From Fervidicoccaceae archaeon (GTDB lineage Archaea; Thermoproteota; Thermoprotei_A; Sulfolobales; Fervidicoccaceae): a stretch of DNA of 64,000 nt. The DNA lies in the NCBI GenBank assembly GCA_038734945.1, contig JAVYOA010000009.1:186001-250000 (forward strand). The letters run 5' to 3'. Of the stretch, positions 38,800-48,112 are shown in pieces (position 1 is the stretch's first letter; each line of letters starts with the position of its first letter). The position numbers were made by a program, and so were the translations under genes. The notes below the pieces were generated by a model that was given only the letters and a program-made list of their open reading frames with translations, was not told the DNA's origin and ran no database searches.

Positions 38800-39710
38800 T
38801 CTATCACCTTCACTTCTCTCAAGAGGTGAAGTAATCTCTCCTTACCAATAATATTCGAGCTATCATGAGACGGAATCAAGACTATTGGGATACCTTGATA
38901 TTGACTTCTAATTCTCTCTAAAACATCTCTGTCTCTGCTTTCATTATACTTGTTTAGCACGATTCCGATAATTTTCACCATTTTCTTTTTTAGCTCTACA
39001 ATTAATCTTTCCATATCCAAAAGAGGTAACCTTTCAGGAATTGTCACTACAAAAACTCCAAACTCTTTTGAGTCTCTCAGCAAATTTATTTTTGTGGAGA
39101 CTTCTTCCCTCATTTTCAATAGCTCATACAATATTTTATCGTCAATCTCTACTTTTTTTCCCATCTTTATAGAGTCGATGGACTCCTTCAACCCAACTAT
39201 TTTGGCTCTAAGCTCAATGAGCTTCTGTAACCACATTTCCTGGATCCACGGAAAGCTCAAAATCCTTAGGGTAGGTCCCGTTGGTGGAGTATCCACAATT
39301 GTAACCACATCTTCCTTGAAATAGGAAAACAAGTGCTCAGCAACTGCCTCCTCCTCAATCCCAGGTGCATACTTCAAAACATCAAAGAACTTCTCCAGAT
39401 TCAACGCACTGGTTGCTTTGTAAGTTCTTTTGAGAAACTCGCTTTCCTTTCTTAAGTAATTTTCAACCAGAATATCCATATTCAACTCGGCAGCTCTTAA
39501 ATTATCGAGAATTTTCCTTTCTTCGTGACTGAGCTCTGTCTCAAGAACGTCTCCCAAGTGATGAGAGGGATCTATTGAAACAACACGAACATCTTTTTCA
39601 TATGGTGCTATTGCAAGGGAAAGAAGGGCAGAAAATGTTGTTTTTCCCACACCCCCCTTTCCTGTTACCAATATTACCCTGCTCAAGCCCTCCTTCGAGC
39701 TCAGCAGCAA
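38796..39710 (-). CDS. ArsA/Get3-family ATPase
   Basis: GKGGVGKTT, SIDPSHHLGD, PGIEE, DTPPTG, PE.LP, LNK. Confidence 0.88.
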   Translation of the reverse strand: MLLSSKEGLSRVILVTGKGGVGKTTFSALLSLAIAPYEKDVRVVSIDPSHHLGDVLETELSHEERKILDNLRAAELNMDILVENYLRKESEFLKRTYKATSALNLEKFFDVLKYAPGIEEEAVAEHLFSYFKEDVVTIVDTPPTGPTLRILSFPWIQEMWLQKLIELRAKIVGLKESIDSIKMGKKVEIDDKILYELLKMREEVSTKINLLRDSKEFGVFVVTIPERLPLLDMERLIVELKKKMVKIIGIVLNKYNESRDRDVLERIRSQYQGIPIVLIPSHDSSNIIGKERLLHLLREVKVIE

Positions 39711-39714
39711 AATC

Positions 39715-40002
39715 TCAAGCCTCCATATTCAGTATACCGAACAAATCTCCAAACTCATCATCCAGGCGATTTGCCTTCGCTATCATGTGTTTTATATCTT
39801 CATTCAGCAGTGGGATCAATCTGATTGTTATTGAAGCAGGAACAGGAAGACCCACGAAGCTTCCAATAGCAATAACGGAAAAAATATTCACAAGCTCTGA
39901 ATACATTCCTTCTAGAGAGGAGATCGCTTGTTGTCCTGAATAAATTCTAAAAAAACTAACTAAAGAGGAAAAAAAGAGCTTAATTTTTTTAAGCAGTAGC
40001 AT
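39715..40002 (-). CDS. small CstA-associated protein
   Basis: ATG 40002 after GGAGG; central hydrophobic GSFVGLPVP..TIRLIP; between cstA and the ArsA-type gene. Confidence 0.7.
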   Translation of the reverse strand: MLLLKKIKLFFSSLVSFFRIYSGQQAISSLEGMYSELVNIFSVIAIGSFVGLPVPASITIRLIPLLNEDIKHMIAKANRLDDEFGDLFGILNMEA

Positions 40003-41746
40003 TTTTATTTTTCCTCCTTTTTGCAGCAACATTTAGGAATTCTGCCATCAGCATTAGGTCGAGAGCTACTAGTATAATCACTATAACAGTCAGAGCTAAT
40101 CCCATGTACATCGTTGACATATTGCCAGCAGCTAATCCCTTTGTGAAAGTTGGATATGCTACATTCAGCAGATACCAAACTAAAGCCGTTGTCACAGTTC
40201 CCCAGAGGAAGAATGCTGGTATGAATATTGCTAGTGCTACCTTCATAGGCTTTTTCAATACGTAAAAGACCCACGAGGATGTAGTAATTAGAGCAAGAGC
40301 AGCTAATAGCTGGTTTGCTCCCGAGAAAGCTGGCCAAACATATGAGATCGATCCTGTATATGCGAGGCTACCCCCTATTGCCAGTGGAATCAGAGATGCT
40401 ATATATCGATTGTTCAATATAGAATGCAGCGTCGGTGTTCTATTTCTAAGAGGCTCAATGATCTCCATCCATGTGAACCTTGCTAATCTATTAGCGGTAT
40501 CAAGCACAGCGAAATCAAAAGTTGCAAACCATAGACCAGCAAATATTGCTCCGTATATTATGTCAATACCGAAGGCATTGTGAACAACAATTCCGTATCC
40601 TTGGGTGAATGCTCCTAGAGTATTAGCAACAACAAACGTGAATGGATTTTTATCAACTCCAGCTGGCCAAGATGTTGTTGACGAGAGCATTTGAAAACTT
40701 TGGGGAAGAGTGCTGGCAACGGAAAAAGCGACTACCAGAGCTACTAGACCCTCAGTGAACATCCCCCCATATCCTATCATGAGGGCATCGAGTTCGCTGC
40801 TCAACTGTCTTGCTGTGGTTCCAGAAGCTACTAAACTATGGAAACCTGAGAGAGCTCCACATGCTATAACGAGGACAATTACAGGCCATACTGGAGATGG
40901 CTTGTATCCTACAAGAGGTTGAGTTAGTGATGTTACTGCAGGTATTTGTATACTAGCCATTGATACAATCAATGCAACGGCTCCAATTATTATCCCTCCC
41001 CACATTATGTATACGTTCAGGAAGTCCCTCGGTTGCAGCAGATACCAAAGTGGAAGCCACCCAGCTAGCCATCCAAATATAAGCAGGAGAGTTACCCATA
41101 CATTGTAGTTTGTAATGACCAACGGAATGTGGTATCCAACGTAAATAGCTCCAATAATTAGCAGAAGTCCTACTGCAACAGCATAGGGCAGGGGAAAGTT
41201 CAGCTTATAAATTAGCACTCCAACAATTATGGCTATTGGCATGAAAAGCATAATCGCTGTAGCAACCTGAGGCCTAGTCATAAAAACATTAACATCAAAG
41301 ATGACGAAAGCAGCAATAATAAGAATTAACGAGAACAGCATAAACCAAAGGAATATGTACTTAACTCTGTCTGAGAGAACCTTTCCAGCAACAGTTCCTA
41401 TGGTCTTAGATTCATATCTAATCGAGGACATCAAAGCAAGATAGTCATGAACAGCTCCTATAACTGCATTAGCAAGAAGGATCCACAGGAAAGCCGGCAA
41501 CCATCCCCAAGCCATTGCCATAGTGGGTCCCGCAATGGGCCCAGTTCCTGCTATTGCTCCTACATGATGTCCGTAGAGCACATATTTGTTGGCAGGAACG
41601 TAATCAATACCATCAAAAAGCCTATGAGCAGGTGTTATGTTTTTGTCGTCAGCATTTACTACTCTTTTTTGTAGAAAACGACCATACGTAAAATAAAAAG
41701 CAATATACCAAACAACAGCTACCAATAAAAGAAGCAAGACATTCAT
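39989..41746 (-). CDS. cstA: carbon starvation protein CstA family transporter
   Basis: TPAH...DG.DYVP, GHH..IAG.GPI.GP, LLQPRD, IACGALSGFHSLVASGTT, WP.F..ANQLLAAL. Confidence 0.93.
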   Translation of the reverse strand: MNVLLLLLVAVVWYIAFYFTYGRFLQKRVVNADDKNITPAHRLFDGIDYVPANKYVLYGHHVGAIAGTGPIAGPTMAMAWGWLPAFLWILLANAVIGAVHDYLALMSSIRYESKTIGTVAGKVLSDRVKYIFLWFMLFSLILIIAAFVIFDVNVFMTRPQVATAIMLFMPIAIIVGVLIYKLNFPLPYAVAVGLLLIIGAIYVGYHIPLVITNYNVWVTLLLIFGWLAGWLPLWYLLQPRDFLNVYIMWGGIIIGAVALIVSMASIQIPAVTSLTQPLVGYKPSPVWPVIVLVIACGALSGFHSLVASGTTARQLSSELDALMIGYGGMFTEGLVALVVAFSVASTLPQSFQMLSSTTSWPAGVDKNPFTFVVANTLGAFTQGYGIVVHNAFGIDIIYGAIFAGLWFATFDFAVLDTANRLARFTWMEIIEPLRNRTPTLHSILNNRYIASLIPLAIGGSLAYTGSISYVWPAFSGANQLLAALALITTSSWVFYVLKKPMKVALAIFIPAFFLWGTVTTALVWYLLNVAYPTFTKGLAAGNMSTMYMGLALTVIVIILVALDLMLMAEFLNVAAKRRKNKNATA

Positions 41747-42000
41747 TTTTGCTCCCCTTCCTTAGCTCCAAGTGCCTCTTTCCTCACTCTTGAAAGTACT
41801 TCCTTTGGAACCTCACCGAGCCAATATCCTGGGCCTGCTATGAGCAAATAAGTTCCAACAATGAAGGTTAGAGAGTCCTCCCCAAAAATTCCTCTCGGAT
41901 TGTGGGTCAATCCTATGTAGAGGCCATGAAGGAGAAGCACTGCCCCCAGAAAAGTCATTATCATTCCTAGTATATTCTTCAATCCCAAACAGCACTTCAC
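41743..42000 (-). CDS. small two-TM membrane protein upstream of cstA
   Basis: Two hydrophobic helices; ATGA overlap with cstA; start probably TTG 41988 after GGGGTGA. Confidence 0.65.
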   Translation of the reverse strand: MKCCLGLKNILGMIMTFLGAVLLLHGLYIGLTHNPRGIFGEDSLTFIVGTYLLIAGPGYWLGEVPKEVLSRVRKEALGAKEGEQK

Positions 42001-42208
42001 CCCCTATTTTTCAAGTTAAGATAAAATATTATTAAAAAAATTTAAATATATAAAGTTATCTCAAATTTTTTAATAATATTTCAAATAAAATTCTATCATT
42101 ATATACCTAATATACCTATAATTTTTATTCTAATTTTTATTTTTAACCTAATTTAGAAAATCATTTAGGGTTTAAATTTTCAGTATAAGAAAAATATTTT
42201 AATAAGAA

Positions 42209-42283
<75 letters not shown>

Positions 42284-42311
42284 ACTTTCGGTTATGAATT
42301 TCTTTGCTTCC

Positions 42312-42325
42312 TAATTATCTTTTCG
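42312..42325 (-). promoter_or_regulatory. BRE/TATA-like promoter of tRNA-Thr(GGT)
   Basis: CGAAAAGATAATTA about 29-42 nt upstream of the tRNA 5' end. Confidence 0.4.
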
Positions 42326-42385
42326 TTGTTAATTTAATAAGTCATAATAACCTATCATCTATTTTGTGAGAAAGGTGGGAACAGA

Positions 42386-43177
42386 ATGTCAAACTTCAAT
42401 ATAAACGGCACAAGAGTTCTCGTTACAGCTTCGACAAGAGGGATAGGCTTTGGGATTTCAAAGGTACTATTGGAAAATGGAGCTAGAGTTGTTATAAACG
42501 GAAGAACAAAAGAAGGGGTTTCCAAGGCACTTGATAGATTGCCAGAAACACACAGGAGCAGAGCGATTGGAGTAGTAGCTGATATAACAAAGAAGGAAGA
42601 AATCAGTAGGCTCGTTAGAGAAACTGCTCAGAACTTAGATGGACTTGATTCATTAGTTTACGTCACAGGACCTCCAAGGCCGGGATACTTCAGCGATCTA
42701 AGCTATGAAGACTGGGAAGAGGGGATAAAGCTACTTGTTACTTCGGCAATTTTCTTGGCAAGGGAGACTATACCATATCTGAAAAAATCAAGTAATCCCT
42801 CCATGGTATTTTTAAGCAGTATAGCAGTGAAGGAACCCATACCCAACATTGCCCTTTCAAACGTTCTGAGGATAACTGTTCATGGTCTTGTGAAGACCCT
42901 ATCCAGAGAGCTTGCTCAATATGGGATAAGGGTCAATGCTGTCCTTCCAGGTCACATAGAAACGGAAAGATCTATTCAACTTGCAGCCGATAGAGCCAGG
43001 AGAGAGGGAAGAAAAATAGATGAAGTTCTAGCTGAAATGAGCAAGGAAATTCCGCTCGGTAGGCTAGGAAGACCAGAGGAAGTAGGCTATGCAGTAGCAT
43101 TTTTGATAAGCCCCTTTGCCTCCTACATAACAGGTGCCTTCATCCCAGTAGATGGAGGAATTCTGAGATCACTTTAA
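42386..43177 (+). CDS. SDR-family oxidoreductase
   Basis: VTASTRGIG, GPP.PG, LSNVLR, RVNAVLPG, PLGRLG.PEE, VDGG. Confidence 0.9.
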   Translation: MSNFNINGTRVLVTASTRGIGFGISKVLLENGARVVINGRTKEGVSKALDRLPETHRSRAIGVVADITKKEEISRLVRETAQNLDGLDSLVYVTGPPRPGYFSDLSYEDWEEGIKLLVTSAIFLARETIPYLKKSSNPSMVFLSSIAVKEPIPNIALSNVLRITVHGLVKTLSRELAQYGIRVNAVLPGHIETERSIQLAADRARREGRKIDEVLAEMSKEIPLGRLGRPEEVGYAVAFLISPFASYITGAFIPVDGGILRSL

Positions 43178-43408
43178 GTTATTTTTTCCTGTGAGATAGA
43201 TCAAACATAAGTTAATTTTCCTGGCAAAGCGGTTTATTGATCTAATAGAATAAGTTCTCAAAAATTTTTGAAATATTTTTTCACATATTCATTTTATTGC
43301 GAGAACCATTTTTCTTTTAGCTTGAAAATTTAAATTCACTAGCGTTAGAATACTATATGGAGAAAAAAATAATAATATCTATACTGATTGTCCATAAGGA
43401 GGTAAAAA

Positions 43409-43699
43409 TTGATGGTTAGAGACAAAGCAATTGGTATATCATTGCTTGCCATTTCTGCCCTAGTTATAGTTCTTTATGCATACCTTGTATTCCTTACCAC
43501 TTATGACATTTTACTTCTAAAATTGACAGGATTTCTTGCTATTGCTGGAATATTTGGAATTCTCGCTTGGATCGGATATACCCTAGCTACAACTCCACCT
43601 CCAAAGCCAATTGAAGAGATAGAGAAGGAAATAGAGAATGAGCTCAAAAAGCTCGATGAAGAAAGCAAGAAGGAAGAGCAGGAGAAAGGGCAATCATAA
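43409..43699 (+). CDS. small two-TM membrane protein with PPPKP motif and acidic tail
   Basis: GGAGGT RBS; DKAIG..., WIGYTLATTPPPKPIEEIE. Confidence 0.75.
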   Translation: MMVRDKAIGISLLAISALVIVLYAYLVFLTTYDILLLKLTGFLAIAGIFGILAWIGYTLATTPPPKPIEEIEKEIENELKKLDEESKKEEQEKGQS

Positions 43700-43731
43700 A
43701 ATAATTCAGCATGTTCTCTAAAATAAAGAGA

Positions 43732-43843
43732 AGCCGCCGGCGGGGATCGAACCCGCGGCCCCCGGCTTTCTCTGGCGACCTCCTTTCTATTTTACTACTT
43801 CACCGTACGAGGCCGGTGCTCTACCGGGCTGAGCTACGGCGGC
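43732..43843 (-). tRNA. tRNA-Thr(CGT) with a 38-nt intron at position 37/38 (43805-43768)
   Basis: GCCGCCGTAGCTCAGCCCGGTAGAGCACCGGC-CT-CGT-A|intron|A-GCCGGGGGCCGCGGGTTCGATCCCCGCCGGCGGCT; relaxed BHB motif. Confidence 0.93.
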
Positions 43844-43925
43844 AGACAGATCAATTAATTCCTCTTTTCTCTTAGAGAATCAAAAAAATTATAAAGCTTT
43901 GCTTAGAACAAAGAGCTGGAGCAAG

Positions 43926-44186
43926 ATGATCGAGATGGCTCCCCTGACTGCCTTCATATTAATAAACACAAAAATCGGAAAGGAGGATATAGTCTCTCAG
44001 GAAATAAATGAACTTATTAAGAATTCACATGATCTCAAGGAAGGAAAGGCTTATTCTTTATTTGGAGAATATGACCTAATTGTTGTTATAAGTGCTGAGA
44101 GAATAGAATCAGTAGAGAAGTTCGTCTCAGCTCTGAGAAAGATGGAGAATGTAACTAGAACTACTACGCTTGTTTCAAGCACATAA
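43926..44186 (+). CDS. Lrp/AsnC ligand-binding (RAM) domain protein
   Basis: AFILINT..GKE, LFGEYDLIV, V.RT.TLV. Confidence 0.85.
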   Translation: MIEMAPLTAFILINTKIGKEDIVSQEINELIKNSHDLKEGKAYSLFGEYDLIVVISAERIESVEKFVSALRKMENVTRTTTLVSST

Positions 44187-44285
44187 TAAAAATAACTTAG
44201 CACTCAGATTAATCAACGATTTTCAGATATTAATACTAATAATTTATTTATATTATTCTTGATTAATTGATTATAGGTGATTTTA

Positions 44286-45095
44286 ATGAGCTGGGTAGGC
44301 GAATCTCTCGAGAAGCTCAGAGAAAAGAGGCCTCTCGTTCACAACATAACAAATTACGTTGTAATGAATACTACAGCAAATGCGCTTCTAGCAATAGGGG
44401 CTTCTCCCATAATGGCCCATTCTCCGGAGGAGCTCAATGATATAGTTTCCATGGCCGATGCTATAGTTATCAATATTGGAACACTTGATGAAAGATGGAT
44501 CTACTCTATGCTCAAGGCAGCTAGAATAGCTAGCGAGAACAAGAAGCCTGTAATTCTAGATCCAGTTGGAGCAGGTGCCACAAAGCTTAGAACAGAAATA
44601 TCTCTTATGCTGCTAAGCAGCGGAAATATCAGCGTTGTGAAGGGCAACTATGGAGAAATCCTTTCACTTCTCGGAGAAATGGGAAAGACCAAGGGAGTAG
44701 ATTCAGCTGCTTATGTACCTGAAAGAGCAAAGAGCATAGTGAAGGAAGTAGCAGAAAAGTACAATGTTGTTGCTGGAATAACGGGGCCCATAGATTTTGT
44801 AAGTGATGGGAAGGAAGTCTATTCAATACAAAATGAGATAACCAAGGTAAGAAATGTTATCGACAGAGTTACAGGCTTAGGATGCATGGTTTCCGCCATT
44901 ATTGGTGCTTTCCTTGCAGTTGACACTCCTCTGAGAGCAACGATTGGAGGGATGGCAGCATTCAAGGCTGCATCTACTTTGGCAGCCACGGAAACCCAGC
45001 TGCCAGGAAGCTTCCACATAAAGCTATATGATTGGTTATTTAAGATTGACGGAGAATCCATAAATAATACAGTCAAAATAAACAAAATTCTCTAG
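44286..45095 (+). CDS. thiM: hydroxyethylthiazole kinase
   Basis: PLVHNITNYV, GASPIMA, INIGT, LDPVGAGA, VTGLGC. Confidence 0.95.
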   Translation: MSWVGESLEKLREKRPLVHNITNYVVMNTTANALLAIGASPIMAHSPEELNDIVSMADAIVINIGTLDERWIYSMLKAARIASENKKPVILDPVGAGATKLRTEISLMLLSSGNISVVKGNYGEILSLLGEMGKTKGVDSAAYVPERAKSIVKEVAEKYNVVAGITGPIDFVSDGKEVYSIQNEITKVRNVIDRVTGLGCMVSAIIGAFLAVDTPLRATIGGMAAFKAASTLAATETQLPGSFHIKLYDWLFKIDGESINNTVKINKIL

Positions 45096-45108
45096 CTTTT
45101 ACCAAACC

Positions 45109-45141
45109 GAAAGCCTCTCCTTTAGGACAGGAGGAAGTCAG
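45109..45141 (+). mobile_element. IS200/IS605-family right-end relic
   Basis: GAAAGCCTCTCCTTTAGGACAGGAGGAAGTCAG: hairpin with TTTA loop followed by GAGGAAGTCAG, like archaeal IS605 right ends; no tnpA/tnpB nearby. Confidence 0.6.
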
Positions 45142-45274
45142 AAGGATCTTTTCCCCAGATATGAAAATTTCAAAAATCCTATTATCATGAAATCAAAGAA
45201 TTTAATCCTAATACCTTCCAAGCTGCGAGAAAGATTTTCTTTATATATGAAAAAAGGCTGAAAAATCATTAAGG

Positions 45275-45580
45275 ATGATTAATTTGCCAGAGCTAATAAG
45301 AATAGAGGGAGTCTCGGTCAAACCTCTGCCAGGTAAGCCTGGAAGCTATACAGTAAGAGTTTTTATAAAGAATGTTGGCGATGAAATCTCAGAAATAAAT
45401 AGTGTGTACGTTTTCAATATATATGGAAACGTTTATTGCGCGGACATTTTTCAACTAAAGCTCTCACCGGGAGAAGTTAACTCAATTACGCTAGAATGCG
45501 AGCTGGAGAAGATGGCTCAATATTTTGTGAAAGCTTCTACTAAGAAAGGCTACGAATCTCTCTATTCAATATCTCTTTGA
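45275..45580 (+). CDS. hypothetical protein resembling an archaeal pilin-type globular domain
   Basis: E.IRIEGV...V.IKNVG...I.SVYV...L.PGEV...Y.VK..T..G pattern; no signal or TM segment. Confidence 0.45.
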   Translation: MINLPELIRIEGVSVKPLPGKPGSYTVRVFIKNVGDEISEINSVYVFNIYGNVYCADIFQLKLSPGEVNSITLECELEKMAQYFVKASTKKGYESLYSISL

Positions 45581-45699
45581 AATAAAAGAGAACTCATATT
45601 AATATATCGCTTTATTTCAGATCATCTGATAAGTAAAAATAAAGATATTGAAGGTTTTAATAGGCTAGTTTGAGAAAAAATTAGGGAGTGATCATTAAA

Positions 45700-46956
45700 A
45701 TGAAAATTTACCTAATACAACATGCTATTGGAACATTTGCTGTCAAAGAGGACGGCTCTCTTGCTGATTATGAGCATGAGGCAAAGGACATCGATGAAAA
45801 CGTAGAACAGCTCCTCAAATACGAAGCAGGACAGCCAACGAGCAGCATGATCAGGCTCATTGAGCGAATGAATAGGAGCGATGAGATACTTGTAGAGATA
45901 GAGGGAATTGCTAGGGCACTTAGCACGAGCTATCAGGGTCTTCAGATATATGTAAGGCCGCATGAGGAGATTTTCAGAAAATTCAGACAAAGCATTGAAG
46001 AAATAGCCGTTCAAACAGGATACTTTAAAACGAAGGAAGAATATAGAAGCTTCATGCACCTTCTATCAATGGAGTATACTAGGAGGAAGCTTAGAAAGGC
46101 TGCACAGAAAAGAGATCAACTAGCAGCACAGGCGATAAGAGCAATTGATGATTTGGATAAGACTTACAATCTATACGTCATCAGGTTGAGAGAGTGGTAC
46201 AGCGTTCATTTCCCTGAGCTCGATAGTCTAATTCCAAATCATGAGCAATACGTGAAGCTAGTCATGGAGCTAGGTCACAGGGAGAACTTCACGGGCGAGA
46301 ACCTTTTAAGATTGGGCATATCGCAGGACAAGGTTGAAAAAATAGAGAGTGCAGCAAAAGAAAGCATTGGAGCTGATCTCAGTGACTTTGACATAAAACC
46401 AGTTCAAACGCTAGCTAGAATGGCTTGGGATATATATACGCTGAGGCAAGAGCTTGCCGATTACATAGATGGAGTTATGAAGGAAGTTGCTCCAAATATA
46501 ACTGCTTTGGTAGGAAGCCTCCTAGGAGCCAGACTTATAAGTTTAGCAGGAAGCCTTGAATCCCTAGCCAGGCTTCCAGCTAGCACCATACAGGTTCTAG
46601 GGGCAGAGAAGGCGCTTTTCAGATCGCTGAAAACGGGAACAAAACCGCCTAAGCACGGAATCATTTTCCAATATCCTGAAATCCACAAGGCGCCAAGGTG
46701 GCAGAGAGGTAAAATGGCTAGAACTCTAGCAGCTAAGCTAGCAATAGCAGCCAAGGTCGATGCGTTCACAGGAAGATGGATCGGAGATAAGCTTGTTGAA
46801 GATCTCACGCGGAGAATAGAGGAGATAAAAAAGCTCTACGCTAAACCCCCACTCAGAGCAGCAGCCCCCCAAAAGGAAGCAGTCAGGCCTCATAGGAAGG
46901 AGGAAAGGAGAGGAAAAGGAGGAAAGGAAAGGAAAAAGAAATTTGGAGGTAGATGA
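45700..46956 (+). CDS. nop5: C/D-box RNP protein Nop5 (Nop56/58)
   Basis: RLREWYSVHFPEL, PASTIQVLGAEKALF, PKHGIIFQ, basic tail. Confidence 0.96.
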   Translation: MKIYLIQHAIGTFAVKEDGSLADYEHEAKDIDENVEQLLKYEAGQPTSSMIRLIERMNRSDEILVEIEGIARALSTSYQGLQIYVRPHEEIFRKFRQSIEEIAVQTGYFKTKEEYRSFMHLLSMEYTRRKLRKAAQKRDQLAAQAIRAIDDLDKTYNLYVIRLREWYSVHFPELDSLIPNHEQYVKLVMELGHRENFTGENLLRLGISQDKVEKIESAAKESIGADLSDFDIKPVQTLARMAWDIYTLRQELADYIDGVMKEVAPNITALVGSLLGARLISLAGSLESLARLPASTIQVLGAEKALFRSLKTGTKPPKHGIIFQYPEIHKAPRWQRGKMARTLAAKLAIAAKVDAFTGRWIGDKLVEDLTRRIEEIKKLYAKPPLRAAAPQKEAVRPHRKEERRGKGGKERKKKFGGR

Positions 46957-47663
46957 AAATGAGCGAACCAGTAAAAATTAGAGAGCTCGAGATCAATAGG
47001 AGAATATATGAAATAGAGTTCGACGATGGCTCGAGAAAGCTATCAACGATGAACCTTGTTCCTGGAAAAAGGGTCTATGGCGAAAGACTCTATAGGATAG
47101 CGGGTGTAGAGTACAGGGAGTGGATCCCATATAGAAGCAAGCTAGCAGGGGCAATATTGAAAGGTCTCTCAGCCGTTCCAATAGAAGAAGGCAGCAAGGT
47201 TCTCTACTTGGGAGCTGCTGCAGGAACGACACCGAGCCATGTTAGCGATATAGTTGGAAACAACGGGATAGTGTATTCTGTCGAATTTGCCCCAAGAGTA
47301 ATGAGAGAGTTTCTTCTTGTGGCGAAGGATCGAAGGAATCTAGTGCCAATCCTAGCAGATGCTAGATTACCCTCAACTTACTCTCACATCGTTGATCTAT
47401 GTGATGTCATTTACGCTGATGTGGCTCAACCAGAACAGGCATCTCTTGTCATAGAGAATGCCAAATGGTTCTTGAAGGATGGAGGGCACGTTTTCCTTGC
47501 TATAAAAGCGAGGAGCATTGATGTCACGAAGGAACCTACAGAAGTGTTTAAGCGTGAGATATCCACTCTTGAAAAGGGAGGATTTGAGACGATAAGCGTC
47601 GTTCATCTAGACCCATATGATAAGGATCACGCTATGGTTCTCGCTAAATACAAGGGAAAGTAG
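46953..47663 (+). CDS. flpA: fibrillarin-like 2'-O-methyltransferase
   Basis: VYGE, EYREW.P.RSKL, VLYLGAAAGTT.SHVSD, DVAQPEQ. Confidence 0.97.
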   Translation: MKMSEPVKIRELEINRRIYEIEFDDGSRKLSTMNLVPGKRVYGERLYRIAGVEYREWIPYRSKLAGAILKGLSAVPIEEGSKVLYLGAAAGTTPSHVSDIVGNNGIVYSVEFAPRVMREFLLVAKDRRNLVPILADARLPSTYSHIVDLCDVIYADVAQPEQASLVIENAKWFLKDGGHVFLAIKARSIDVTKEPTEVFKREISTLEKGGFETISVVHLDPYDKDHAMVLAKYKGK

Positions 47664-47678
47664 GTGCAGGATCTGTAG

Positions 47679-48107
47679 ATGGAAGGAATACATGACAGCA
47701 ATGCAATAGCTAAAATAGAAATGAAAGTATTGGAGGATCTGAAAAGGATAAATGATGATGTTGTTGAGTACATAACATTAGAAAATGCTAATAATAAGGA
47801 CATGGAAATAGCATTGAAGTCTGGGGAAAAAATAATACTCAGATGCGAAGACATTGAAAAACTGAAGAGAAAAATACCAGGTCATCTCAGGTCCAAATTG
47901 AAGCTTCCAATTGAGATAAATATAATAATCAGCGAAGAGCAGATCATGTATAGAATTAATGGAGATCTATGGCAGATTAGGATGGTGAATTACATAAGGA
48001 ACGAGAAGCTAATGTGGAAACCATCCGAAGAAATCAATGCGGAATATCTCTCAGACCTTATCACTAACTATCCCTCGCTGATCAGGTTAAAGCTGGTGAT
48101 GAGGTGA
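47679..48107 (+). CDS. DUF61-like hypothetical protein
   Basis: L..IN.....TL, LKLPI pattern; conserved-looking position after flpA. Confidence 0.55.
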   Translation: MEGIHDSNAIAKIEMKVLEDLKRINDDVVEYITLENANNKDMEIALKSGEKIILRCEDIEKLKRKIPGHLRSKLKLPIEINIIISEEQIMYRINGDLWQIRMVNYIRNEKLMWKPSEEINAEYLSDLITNYPSLIRLKLVMR

Positions 48108-48112
48108 TAAAA

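Noticed and set aside
38796..39710. Arsenic resistance locus
   Set aside because: The ATPase has no Cys ligands and there are no ars partner genes.
44187..44285. TPP riboswitch upstream of thiM
   Set aside because: The region is very AT-rich with no conserved TPP core; only weak TTGATTAATCAA-like near-palindromes that I cannot assign.
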